A stretch of 64,000 bases of DNA from Macrostomum hystrix (taxonomy: Eukaryota > Animalia > Platyhelminthes), in assembly GCA_950097015.1 (NCBI GenBank), contig CATNEN010000001.1:20398001-20462000 (forward strand). The letters are read 5' to 3'. Both the position numbers and the translations under genes were made by a program. Shown piece by piece: positions 24,527 through 36,981 of this stretch; positions within the stretch are counted from its first letter, which is position 1, and the number at the start of each line of letters is the position of its first letter. The notes under the pieces are model-generated. The model was not told the origin of the DNA, did not search any database, and was given only the letters and a program-made list of their open reading frames with translations.

Positions 24527-27500
24527 TCAGCCCTCATAGAATTTGTAGGTCGGGTTTTCATAGCCGTTGGCCTGCATGCTGGCGAGGTGGCTGCTGTGAG
24601 GCGGCAGCTGTCCCGGCTGCTCGTCAACCAGGGTGAGTTTGTAGCCCTGGGAGCCGCCAGCTCCGCCGCGCCTATGTAGAAGATTGCGCCAACTTGGACA
24701 GCCGCGTCCGCGCATGGTTGTAATGACAACTAGGCAGATAAGCAGCAGAGCAGCGCAGCCGCAGAGGGCGCCACTCAGAGCGGCTGCGGAGATACCGGCG
24801 CTGTGGCTGGAAGAGCCGTGCAACTCGCCGAACTGGTAAGGGAGCGGCATAAGGCCCAGCCGGTCGTCAGGCAAATGGTGACCCTGCGAGCCGGCATGCA
24901 GCTCCGACATCGCCTCGACTCGTTGTCGATCTCGAGCTTCATGCCGACGCAGAATGTCGGAAAAGCGCGCCGCCAGATCGTTAAAATTGATGCCGCCGTC
25001 GCTGACGTTCGACAACGCCGGCGAGGGCTTTAGGCGGTCCACAGCGACCACAGCTCGGCGAAGTCCGTCCAGCGGCTTCTGAAGCTGGCGATCGGCTGCC
25101 CCGCCGCTACCGACGCTGGAGAAAACCCGACGCCCCTCTTCCAGCCCACTGCGCAGCTCCGCCAGGTGTCGCTTCATCGCCTCAAGCCGATTGGCGGATA
25201 GAGTCTTCTTTGTTTCCATGGCAACAGCTTGGTTAGCAACGCGAGTGGCTTCGGCGGCAGTCAGTCTGGCTAGCTCGCGCAGGTAGCCCAGCGCCTCCGT
25301 CGATTTTCCAAGCTCGATAGCGTCGTCCAGCAGTCGTCGCAGGTGCTGAAGGGAGGCGCGCAGGGCACCTTTGAGTCGGTCCTCGTGCACCGAGTCTAGC
25401 TGCCGCCGCTCCGCCATCTCCTGCCGCTGCAGAGTCCTGAAGGCAAGCCGATAGTGCGGGAGAATTTCGGATAACAGGCGACGAACCGAGTCCGCTGCCG
25501 GTTTGTGGTCGCTGCTGAAGGCCCGATCTTCGTCCAGCGACATGCGCGACTCCAGGCGAGACTCCAGAGCCTCGTTGACGCGACCCAGGCTGCCAAGGGC
25601 GATCATGTAGCGCTCGTCTTCGGGGACAGACTGCTCCGTTGGCAGGGCCAGGTAGTGCTGAGGAGCGCAAGGCAGAGATAATAGGCTAGCATAATCAGCA
25701 TGAGCAGCTGTGTACTGCATGACCAGCATTCCATAGCATCATCAGCATAAGCAGCTGTGTACTGCATGACCAGCATTCCATAGCATCATCAGCATGAGCA
25801 GCTGTGTACTGCATGACCAGCATTCCATAGCATCATCAGCATGAGCAGCTGTGTACTGCATGACCAGCATTCCATAGCATCATCAGCATGAGCAGCTGTG
25901 TACTGCATGACCAGCATTCCATAGCATCATCAGCATAAGCAGCTGTGTACTGCATGACCAGCATTCCATAGCATCATCAGCATGAGCAGCTGTGTACTGC
26001 ATGACCAGCATTCCATAGCATCATCAGCATGAGCAGCTGTGTACAGCATGACCAGCATTCCATAGCATCATCAGCATGAGCAGCTGTGTACAGCATGACC
26101 AGCATTCCATAGCATCATCAGCATGAGCAGCTGTGTACTGCATGACCAGCATTCCATAGCATCATCAGCATGAGCAGCTGTGTACAGCATGACCAGCATT
26201 CCATAGCATCATCAGCATGAGCAGCTGTGTACAGCATGACCAGCATTCCATAGCATCATCAGCATGAGCAGCTGTGTACAGCCATGACCAGCATTCCATA
26301 GCATCATCAGCATGAGCAGCTGTGTACAGCCAAGACCAGCATTCCATAGCATCATCAGCATGAGCAGCTGTGTACAGCATGACCAGCATTCCATAGCATC
26401 ATCAGCATGAGCAGCTGTGTACAGCCATGACCAGCATTCCATAGCATCATCAGCATGAGCAGCTGTGTACAGCCATGACCAGCATTCCATAGCATAATCA
26501 GCATGAGCAGCTGTGTACTGCATGACCAGCATTCCATAGCATAATCAGCATGAGCAGCTGTGTACAGCCATGACCAGCATTCCATAGCATCATCAGCATG
26601 AGCAGCTGTGTACAGCATGACCAGCATTCCATAGCATCATCAGCATGAGCAGCTGTGTACAGCCATGACCAGCATTCCATAGCATCATCAGCATGAGCAG
26701 CTGTGTACAGCATGACCAGCATTCCATAGCATCATCAGCATGAGCAGCTGTGTACAGCATGACCAGCATTCCATAGCATCATCAGCATGAGCAGCTGTGT
26801 ACTGCATGACCAGCATTCCATAGCATCATCAGCATGAGCAGCTGTGTACTGCATGACCAGCATTCCATAGCATCATCAGCATGAGCAGCTGTGTACTGCA
26901 TGACCAGCATTCCATAGCATCATCAGCATAAGCAGCTGTGTACTGCATGACCAGCATTCCATAGCATCATCAGCATGAGCAGCTGTGTACTGCATGACCA
27001 GCATTCCATAGCATCATCAGCATGAGCAGCTGTGTACTGCATGACCAGCATTCCATAGCATCATCAGCATAAGCAGCTGTGTACTGCATGACCAGCATTC
27101 CATAGCATCATCAGCATGAGCAGCTGTGTACTGCATGACCAGCATTCCATAGCATCATCAGCATGAGCAGCTGTGTACAGCATGACCAGCATTCCATAGC
27201 ATCATCAGCATGAGCAGCTGTGTACAGCATGACCAGCATTCCATAGCATCATCAGCATGAGCAGCTGTGTACAGCATGACCAGCATTCCATAGCATCATC
27301 AGCATGAGCAGCTGTGTACAGCCATGACCAGCATTCCATAGCATCATCAGCATGAGCAGCTGTGTACAGCCAAGACCAGCATTCCATAGCATCATCAGCA
27401 TGAGCAGCTGTGTACAGCATGACCAGCATTCCATAGCATCATCAGCATGAGCAGCTGTGTACAGCCATGACCAGCATTCCATAGCATCATCAGCATGAGC

Positions 27501-28588
27501 AGCTGTGTACAGCATGACCAGCATTCCATAGCATCATCAGCATGAGCAGCTGTGTACAGCATGACCAGCATTCCATAGCATCATCAGCATGAGCAGCTGT
27601 GTACTGCATGACCAGCATTCCATAGCATCATCAGCATGAGCAGCTGTGTACTGCATGACCAGCATTCCATAGCATCATCAGCATGAGCAGCTGTGTACTG
27701 CATGACCAGCATTCCATAGCATAATCAGCATGAGCAGCTGTGTACTGCATGACCAGCATTCCATAGCATCATCAGCATGAGCAGCTGTGTACAGCATGAC
27801 CAGCATTCCATAGCATAATCAGCATGAGCAGCTGTGTACTGCATGACCAGCATTCCATAGCATCATCAGCATGAGCAGCTGTGTACTGCATGACCTATAA
27901 TTATCACCTGTAAGACTTCTCTGTCCTTGTCCTCGCCGGTGGAGTGTCCTACTGGCTGAGTTGGCAGCGGCGGGCAGCAGACATATTCAACACCCGCAAA
28001 CTTTCCCGGTTTATCGCATGGCAGCAGTTGGCTGTAGGATTTCAGGGCCAATCCGTGATCAGCTGTGCAGCGCTGCCCGGCCACATTGTACCAGTGGGAC
28101 ACTTTGTGACACTGGTTCGAATCCCTGGGATTATCAGCAGCTCGGTGACCGAAGCTGCAGCCGTCCGGCACCAGCAGCGACTCCGGCTTGAAGCTGCGAG
28201 TGAGGCAACGCTGCGGAGTGACGGTCAGGGGCAAACAGTTGGCATTGCTGGTGGACTCTCCCGGGCACCAGTTGGGAATGGTGACTGGCTCACTGGACGG
28301 TTGCACATTAACAATGTCCGGGATGTGCGGATAGGCCAGACGGCAGAAGGCCACGATGTCAGATGGGGATGTGGGACAACCGGCGCTGACCGGCAGGGAG
28401 TGCCACCGCCCGGCGCCTCCGACTGGATCCGTGAGCCACACCTGGGCTGGCAGGGAGCCGGCTGAACCTGATTCGCAGGCAAAGGCCACCTTAAGCTGCT
28501 GCTGCTGCTGCTGCCGGGATACTACAACAGAATTGGCTATAGCAGCTAGGCCAGTCAGAGACAAAACAAGGCGAAGAGTAAGAGGCAT
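24527..28588 (-). CDS. APP: Amyloid precursor protein family member (APP/APPL/APL-1-like), about 603 aa; exons 28588-27908, 25657-24527
   Basis: Signal peptide; E1 domain (VAFAC..FCRLAYP..VTIPNWC..ESLLVPDGCSFGH..LLPC..FAGVEYVCCP); helical E2-like region; TM helix; cytoplasmic MQANGYENPTYKFYE. Phase-0 intron CAG|GTGATA...CCTCAG|CAC. Confidence 0.93.
25688..27895. repeat. 47-bp minisatellite (AGCATCATCAGCATGAGCAGCTGTGTACTGCATGACCAGCATTCCAT)n filling the APP intron
   Basis: About 47 copies, occupying about 2.2 of the 2.25-kb intron. Confidence 0.97.
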
Positions 28589-28691
28589 TGTCTGAAATGG
28601 AGAACCGAACTGCGATAACAACTGATAATATCAAACTCTTGTAATGTAACTTTAGGCTACTTGATCCCAAGTACTTTAGAGTACTTGGGAT

Positions 28692-30877
28692 CAGAGGATC
28701 TGTGATGTAATCTGAGGATCTTTGATGTAATCTGAGGATCTGGAATACAATCTGAGGATCGGTATTGCAATCTGGGGATTTGTGATGCAATCTCAGGATC
28801 TGTGATGCAATCTGAGGATCTGGAATGCAATCTGAGGATCTGTGATGCAATCTGAGGATCTGGAATACAATCTGAGGATCTGGAATGCCATCTGAGGATC
28901 TGTGATGCCATTTAATGATCTGGAATACAATCTGAGGATCTGGAATGCCATCTGAGGATCTGTGATGCAATCTGAGGATCTGTGATGCAATCTGGGGATT
29001 TGTGATGCAATCTGAGGATCTGGAATGCAATCTGAGGATCTTTGATGTATTCTGAGGATCTGGAATGCAATCTGAGGATCTGTGATGCAATCTGAGGATC
29101 TGGAATACAATCTGAGGATCTGGAATGCCATCTGAGGATCTGTGATGCCATTTAATGATCTGGAATACAATCTGAGAATCTGGAATGCAATCTGAGGATC
29201 TGTGATGCAATCTGAGGATCTGTGATGCAATCTGAGGATCTGTGATGCAATCTGAGGATCTGGAATGCAATCTGAGGATCTTTGATGTATTCTGAGGATC
29301 TGGAATGCAATCTGAGGATCTGTGATGCAATCTGAGGATCTGGAATACAATCTGAGGATCTGGAATGCCATCTGAGGATCTGTGATGCCATTTAATGATC
29401 TGGAATACAATCTGAGAATCTGGAATGCAATCTGAGGATCTGTGATGCAATCTGAGGATCTGTGATGCAATCTGGGGATTTGTGATGCAATCTGAGGATC
29501 TGTGATGCAATCTGAGGATCTGGAATGCAATCTGAGGATCTTTGATGTATTCTGAGGATCTGGAATGCAATCTGAGGATCTGTGATGCAATCTGAGGATC
29601 TGGAATACAATCTGAGGATCTGGAATGCCATCTGAGGATCTGTGATGCCATTTAATGATCTGGAATACAATCTGAGAATCTGGAATGCAATCTGAGGATC
29701 TGTGATGCAATCTGAGGATCTGTGATGCAATCTGGGGATTTGTGATGCAATCTGAGGATCTGTGATGCAATCTGAGGATCTGGAATGCAATCTGAGGATC
29801 TTTGATGTATTCTGAGGATCTGGAATACAATCTGAGGATCGGTATTGCAATCTGGGGATTTGTGATGCGATCTGAGGATCTGTGATGCAATCTGGGGATT
29901 TGTGATGCAATCTGGGGATCTGTGATGCCATTTAAGGATTTGGAATACAATCTGAGGATCTGGAATACAATCTGAGGATCTGGAATACAATCTGAGGATC
30001 TGGAATACAATCTGAGGATCTGGAATGCCATCTGAGGATCTGTGATGCAATCTGAGGATCTGTGATGCCATTTAATGATCTGGAATACAATCTGAGGATC
30101 TGGAATGCAATCTGAGGATCTGTGATGCAATCTGAGGATCTGTGATGCAATCTGAGGATCTGTGATGCAATTTGAGGATCTGGGATGCAATATAAGGATC
30201 TGGGATGCAATCTGAGGATCTGGGATGCAATATAAGGATCTGGGATGCAATCTAAGGATCTGGGATGCAATTTGAGGATCTGGGATGCAATCTAAGGATC
30301 TGGGATGCAATTTGAGGATCTGGGATGCAATCTAAGGATCTGGGGTGCAATTTGAGGATCTGGGGTGCAATTTAAGGATCTGGGATGCAATCTGAGGATC
30401 TGGGATGCAATTTGAGGATCTGGGATGCAATCTAAGGATCTGGGATGCAATTTGAGGATCTGGGATGCAATATAAGGATCTGGGATGCAATCTGAGGATC
30501 TGGGATGCAATATAAGGATCTGGGATGCAATCTAAGGATCTGGGGTGCAATTTGAGGATCTGGGATGCAATCTAAGGATCTGGGATGCAATTTGAGGATC
30601 TGGGATGCAATCTAAGGATCTGGGGTGCGATTTGAGGATCTGGGGCGCAATTTGAGGATCTGGGATGCAATCTGAGGATCTGGGGTGCAATTTGAGGATC
30701 TGGGATGCAATCTGAGGATCTGGGATGCAATTTGAGGATCTGGGATGCAATCTAAGGATCTGGGGTGCAATTTGAGGATCTGGGATGCAATCTGAGGATA
30801 TGGGATGCAATCTGAGGATCTGGGATGCAATCTAAGGATCTGGGATACTATCTAAAGATCTGGGATGCAATCTGAGG
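28692..30877. repeat. 20-bp minisatellite (TCTGAGGATCTG[GA/TG/GG]ATGCAA)n upstream of APP
   Basis: About 109 copies without indels; 240/260-bp higher-order blocks; variant switch near 30175. Confidence 0.97.
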
Positions 30878-31820
30878 GTTTTTGCCTTGGGATTAAGCTC
30901 TATCAAAGAAAGCAAAAAAGCTTTTTAAGTCGACTACAGGGCAAAAACTTATTACATATTTATGTCGTCACATAATTCTGCACAGTAAAACAAATCGTAA
31001 GAAGAAAAAAAATGATAATACAGTTACAAGAATACTAGAAGACAACACTAGCGGCAATGTCCAGAGTAGCACCGCGTCATGCTAGACAAAATTAAATTAA
31101 AAATTAAACAAATCATGGATAAAAATCTAGAAGACATGACTTACATTAAAGTAAAAAATCGAAGAGTTAAATTCGAATCTGTAAGGAATGATGTCAGCTA
31201 AACCTTGTAAGACTAGTGACGTCTGAATTGGCGAGCTGTACTAACTTGAATGTAATCTTGAACGACTCTTTCAAAAGTTGAAATTATCATTCTAAAACAG
31301 TTACTATAGAAGAATATACTACTATAGACTCTACTATAGGGTAGAATAATAAAAAAAACTATCACAGAACGGATGATTGTACCAGATCTGTCATTGGAAA
31401 GCAAATTAGCTGAAAATCACAAAAAGTTCTCGAATAGAAAGCGAAGCGAAGCATTAAATGGCAAGAAACAAAATAATAGACAATAACTTCGTCAGGTAAT
31501 GGTAGATTAAACAGATTTTGCCGTCTAGGCCTTTTTAAAGCAAGAAATGACTGCCGCATAGAAAAATATAATGAAATCTGGAGGGAATTTTAGCTAGTCC
31601 ACACATACCGCAACGAAAATAGCTTAATGTAAGCTAATGATAGCATAGTGGATAAAATATACTTAACCATCTTGTCATTTGCTTTAGATAATCTAAGTAC
31701 TTAGTATTACGTAATTTTAAAACTATGAGGTTTTTTTCAGTTTTTTTGCTGCTTTGCAATTAGGAGGCAAAGTTGCTAGTCTAGTATACTAAAACAGAAC
31801 ACTGCAGTTAATTATAAATA

Positions 31821-34800
31821 CTAATTAGGCCCGTTTATCTTGGTTAAAGTTCTCAGCCGGGCTAGTTCAGCTTCTAGATTAGTCGCCCGCCGTTGGATCA
31901 AATCGCATTGTCCAGCTGAGTCGGCCAACTCAGTCTCAGCCTCTGCCAATCTGGCTGTGGTCTCGCGCAGCCTACTAGCCAGATCGCGACAGTCAGCCTG
32001 GAGTCTAGTTCTCAGCGATCTCTCGCCGTCTATTAAAAGGCGATGGGTAGATCTGGCTTCGGCTAATTGAGATTCGAACTCCATACTGGCTAGCTGTTCA
32101 CGTTGATGCCAGGACTCTCTGTCTAGACTGTACTTCTGCTTCAATCTTGTGTATTTTTCGCGCAGTCTATCTAACTGTATGTTAGTTGTTGCCTCGCAGG
32201 TAGGGACGCCGCTATCGTCGGTCGCAATTCGAGATTCCGCTCGTACCCGCCTGGTGCTCTCTTGACTGAGTCGACGGCGAGCAGTTTCTAGTGCAGCTCG
32301 GGTACCAGTAAGGTCCGCTTGTAGCTGGCAAAATGATTGGCAGCAGTTCATGGACTTGTTTAGGGCTTCCCATTTCATTTCTAAACTCCAATACTAATAA
32401 CTAGTGTTGTAAGTCACTAGCCACTAGGATTATATTCTAGCTCTCACTGACCAAATAGCTATCCATTGGCCGCTGTATGGTCTGTTCAGTTAACTTAAAG
32501 TTTTGAGCTCAGGGTGTCTGATAGTGTTTGTGCTTAGGAAACCGTTGGCCGGTATTTCCTCGTTTTTTGCACTCGCGGAATACCTGCGGAATTTCTGTCT
32601 GTGACTTCATTCCATCTAGCCAATGAGAGAGCTTGAAAAGCCTCAGCCAATTACATCACTGAGAGGGTCCAGAGCGGCTATATATACGAGACACACGAAA
32701 GCCCGAAACCTTAGACGTCTTCGCCAGACATCCATCAAGGCATCAGACTAAGCACAACATACGAGAACTACAGGATTCTCTTGGATAAGACTTTCTCTGA
32801 GCGAAGCGAGTTTAACATGACTGTCTTGGATAAGAGCTTCTACTCGGCTGATTTAGTTCTTCGTTCAGCGAGTCTTTGTTTAGCAGCGTCAGTGTTTATT
32901 GCGGATAATGTTCATTGTACTTGTATCCAGGTCTGGAGTTAAAGACATTATTTAATTTTGCATTATAGGTCTAAGGCGAAAAATCGACCCTTCTGACCAA
33001 GGTGACACCCGACCGTTACTTTTTATTTTTATTTTGAAGAGATTGGAGTCTTCAGATTGGAGATATCATTCCCTTCAATTTCAAATTCGAGCTTCACACC
33101 TACCATCCGCCCTTTATCGGCTTAGTTTAAATGAAGGGAGACACCACAATGGCATATCGTAGAAACTGGGGGATCATTGTCAACTGGGGGATGATGGTCA
33201 ACTGGGGGATGATGGTCAACTGGGGGATCATGGTCAACTGGGGGGATCATGGTCAACTGGGGGATCATTGTCAACTGGGGGATCATTGTCAACTGGGTGA
33301 TCATTTTCAACTGGGGGATCATTGTCAACTGGGTGATCATGGTCAACTGGGTGATCATCATCAACTGGGTGATCATTGTCAACTAGGGGATCATGGTCAA
33401 CTGGGGGGATCATGGTCAACTGGGGGATCATTGTCAACTGGGGGACCATTGTCAACTGGGTGATCATTGTCAACTAGGGGATCATGGTCAACTGGGGGGG
33501 GGTCATGGTCAACTGGGGGATCATTGTCAACTGGGTGATCATTTTCAACTGGGGGATCATTGTTAACTGGGGGGATCATGGTCAACTGGGGGATCATTGT
33601 CAACTGGGGGACCATTGTCAACTGGGTGATCATTGTCAACTAGGGGATCATGGTCAACTGGGGGGGGTCATGGTCAACTGGGGGATCATTGTTAACTGGG
33701 TGATCATTTTCAACTGGGGGATCATTGTTAACTGGGTGATCATTTTCAACTGGGGGATCATTGTCAACTGGGTGATCATTTTCAACTGGGGGATCATTGT
33801 CAACTGGGTGATCATTTTCAACTGGGGGATCATTGTCAACTGGGTGATCATTTTCAACTGGGGGATCATTGTCAACTGGGTGATCATTTTCAACTGGGGG
33901 ATCATTGTCAACTGGGTGATCATTTTCAACTGGGGGATCATTGTCAACTGGGTGATCATTTTCAACTGGGGGATCATTATAGCTAAAAAAGCTGAAACTA
34001 CAGCTGCTAAAAAGTATATACTGGGGACGAATTAAGAATAATTCTGCTCCCCGAAGGGGGGCAAAACTTGCTAGTATAAAATACTAATAATATAGACTTT
34101 GACAACAAAACCCTCCCCATGGACCGCTCTTCATAACAGCTTTCGAAATGAAACAATGAAAAGTAATTTTCACTACCTTAGCTTGCAAATCCAGTTTGGC
34201 CTGCAATTCAGTGGCTCTAGACTCTCTGGCCTCCAATACGCGACCCAAATCGGCTAGCCGGTCCTCCAACTCAGCCACGTCTTGTACATAGCGCTGCTTC
34301 TCGGCAGTCAGTCGATTGGCTAGCGATTCAATCTTGGCGTCGCGAGAGTCCAACAGACGAGCGCGCTCCAAAAGCAGCCGAGCAACAGCGGCGGAGGCAG
34401 TGAGGCTAGAGCCGGTCTCGTCATCATCCTTTTCATGGTTGACGACTTCATCGGCGATTGTTTGCGGAAGTTCGCCAGCTTCGTTCAGCAGCCGACAAAT
34501 GTCGGCAAATTCTCGACCAGCCAATTCTAACTGCTTCTCGCTGGTCTGCGGGGAATTTTGTTCAAATAACGAAAACCCAGTTAGGCCAGTTGCAAAACTG
34601 TCACGCGGCGCATTCCAAGGCTGTTCAGTCCATGGACTTTAGACTGCAAGAATTTCTAACCTATCAAATACTGCGCTTACCTGCCTCAGGTGCTCAGAAT
34701 AACTGTTTAGTCGCTGAATCTCTTCACTAATAATACAAGTATTTGGTGACACTAGACCCGTAGCCAGCCAGGAGTTAATTCTGTCTATTTCGCCGAATCC

Positions 34801-35161
34801 TGAGCACAAACGCACACAGATCTGTACGCGGAAAAACGCTCAAACAGGAAAAAACTTTACTGTGCCTTTGAGGTTAGCTCTCGAGGGCGCATATTGCACG
34901 GCAAGCCCCATATAAATGTTGCCTCGCCGCGGAATCGAACTCGGGGGAAACCCGTTAACCGCTCTGCCATCGTGCCCCAATCACTGCGCTTACCTGTCTC
35001 AGGTGTTCAGTATAATTATTTAGTCGCTGTATCTCCTCACTAAATTTCAGACAGATGGCGTGCATTCTGCACAGCTGAGCATCCCGACTGTCATTGTGGC
35101 TGCCATTATTGTTAGCCAGCGAGGGCGCATCGGATTGGCCAAAGCTTGCTAAATAATTCAT
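31821..35161 (-). CDS. Uncharacterised coiled-coil protein, about 369 aa; exons 35161-34994, 34545-34177, 32393-31821
   Basis: Three heptad-rich open frames (KFSEEIQRLNNYTEHLRQ | TSEKQLELAGREF..LQAK | YWSLEMKWEALNKS..) joined by phase-0 GT-AG introns. No family confidently recognised. Confidence 0.7.
32408..33019 (+). mobile_element. Possible solo LTR / promoter-bearing insertion in the coiled-coil gene intron
   Basis: Starts TGTAAG and ends CGTTAC. Two CCAAT boxes (about 32619, 32647) and TATATATA (about 32679) lie antisense to the host gene. No TSD seen. Confidence 0.3.
33165..33980. repeat. 18-bp minisatellite (TCAACTGGGGGATCATTG)n becoming a 36-bp dimer
   Basis: Tandem copies; strict alternation of two variants from about 33690. 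Confidence 0.95.
34731..34980 (-). mobile_element. tRNA-derived SINE, copy 3 (coiled-coil gene intron 1), flanked by 61-bp direct repeats
   Basis: Head GATGGCAGAGCGGTTAAC..GAGTTCGATTCCGCGGCGAGG and body shared with the other copies. Direct repeats at 34670-34730 and 34983-35043. Confidence 0.78.
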
Positions 35162-35847
35162 GCTGCTGCGACTGAAAGTGTATTAAAGACGAATAAATTA
35201 TGAGTGTAATATGTCATATAGCTACTCAGAGCAGTAGTTTAGTGCGAAATAAGTAAAGAGAGTTGCCAATTTTCTGCAAGGAAAAACTCTTTGGCAGCAA
35301 AATATATATCTATACTGAGAGATAGAGAGATGAGAGTAGGAGGGGCGGACAAATAACCTCGGGATTTCGACTCCCGCAGATGGCAAGGGAAATGTTGTTA
35401 AAGAAAGTTGCCTGACACAGACACGACAGACAGTTAGACGCACATGTTAGGAATGATGAAAACGACCCAGAGGGACACGGGGACGCAGGAGCTGGATAGA
35501 GGATAGAGTAGGGGTGAGTAGGAGTGAGCAGGTTAAATTGAGAGGCAGTGTGGCACGAACAGCTATGGCCACCCCAGTACAATTTTATCATACTAAACAA
35601 AATGTTAGAAATAGGGAATCTAGCTGTCTGTAGCGAGCCCCAAATAATGCACAGCCCGCGTGGCTGACGCTGGTCAAATAAAAAATGAGATATTGAGTAA
35701 ACAGCTAGCATAAATTCCTATACAGTCAGTGATTCGCTTATTGACTATAGATATATGCCGGCAAGAGGAACTAAAATAATAATTTTGCATTGAAATTTTT
35801 GATAACTCCCCTAAAATGAGCATCGCTATTTTAAATTAGTAAAAGGT

Positions 35848-36140
35848 TAGAGAGGGAGAAGGAAGAGGGTAGAGTGAAGAGGGGGAGAGGGAAGAGGGGG
35901 AGAGGGAAGAGGGTAGAGTGAAGAGGAGGAGAGGGAAGAGGGGGAGAGGGAAGAGGAGGAGAGGGAAGAGGGGGAGAGGGAAGAGGGGGAGAGGGAAGAG
36001 GGGGAGAGAGAAGAGGAGGAGAGGGAAGAGGGGGAGAGAGAAGAGGGGGAGAGGGAAGAGGGGGAGAGAGAAGAGGAGGAGAGGGAAGAGGGGGAGAGAG
36101 AGGGAGAGAGGGAGAGAGAGAGCGGGAGAGAGGAGAGAGG
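35848..36140. repeat. Polypurine/polypyrimidine tract with a 15-bp unit (GAGGGAAGAGGGGGA)
   Basis: About 290 nt almost exclusively G/A. Confidence 0.9.
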
Positions 36141-36581
36141 ACACTGCCCATTGAATTTCAAAAATCTAATGTTGGAATCGATTCCGATATGTATCGAAAA
36201 AATTGAAATCAGGATTCGAACCAAGGCAACTCCAGACGCGTTTCGCTCTTGTTGGAGCTCATCAGTAGAGAGTGGAGAGCTTTGAGAGTAGAGAGAAGAG
36301 GGAGAGAGAGTGGATAGGCGAGAGGAAATATTAGGGGTGAGAGCGAATGGTATTAGACAGGGTGCAGTTGTGAATTATTGAGTTGGGAGTGAAAATGAGA
36401 CGAATTTATATTAAATTATGAGTCTAAAGAAACAGTAACGATAGCAAAAAAACACTTGAATATGAAGCGCACCAGAAAAGTAGTTAAACAGCAAGGTTTA
36501 TTTTTACAAGTTTCTTTAGATTAACATCGCGCGAACTAGCATTGAAAAGGTCACAAGTAACATAATAATTCACGAAGTCAT

Positions 36582-36914
36582 TCATCGCTTCTTGAAGCCG
36601 TACTTCTTTCGCTCATAGAACAGGTCAGTCTTGGCGCTGCCTAAATTAACAATCTTTGGACAGCCGTCTCGGTCCTTCTCAAGGATGCTGCACTCGCGGC
36701 AGTAGAATGCGTCGCTAACGCCAGGCCCGCCGCAGATTACACAGCGGCCCTGATAGCTGCCATAGTTGCACTCGTCGCAGATTCGAACCAGCGTCGACGG
36801 CCGAACGTAGGAGTCGCAGATGACGCATTTGCCATCGCATTTGTCGCACAGGCGACCAATGGCAACGCCTGGCTGCTTTCGGCAGAAAATCAGATCCGGG
36901 TGGTGCTTGGCCAT
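36582..36914 (-). CDS. PHF5A: PHD finger-like domain-containing protein 5A (SF3b subunit, Rds3), 110 aa, single coding exon
   Basis: [39 protein letters not shown]...[14 protein letters not shown], essentially the invariant PHF5A sequence. Confidence 0.99.
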   Translation of the reverse strand: MAKHHPDLIFCRKQPGVAIGRLCDKCDGKCVICDSYVRPSTLVRICDECNYGSYQGRCVICGGPGVSDAFYCRECSILEKDRDGCPKIVNLGSAKTDLFYERKKYGFKKR

Positions 36915-36981
36915 TGTAGCGGAACAGGTAGGGGAGCTGGAAGTGGTGAAACTGTTTGCGTTTAGTATGAGAAATGTAGTT

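Noticed and set aside
28491-30830. Numerous QILRLHHRSSDCIPDP ORFs; likewise ORFs over the arrays at 23.9, 26-27, 33, 37, 43, 47, 51, 52-54, 62 and 63 kb
   Set aside because: All coincide with tandem arrays, are open in several frames and show no coding signature.
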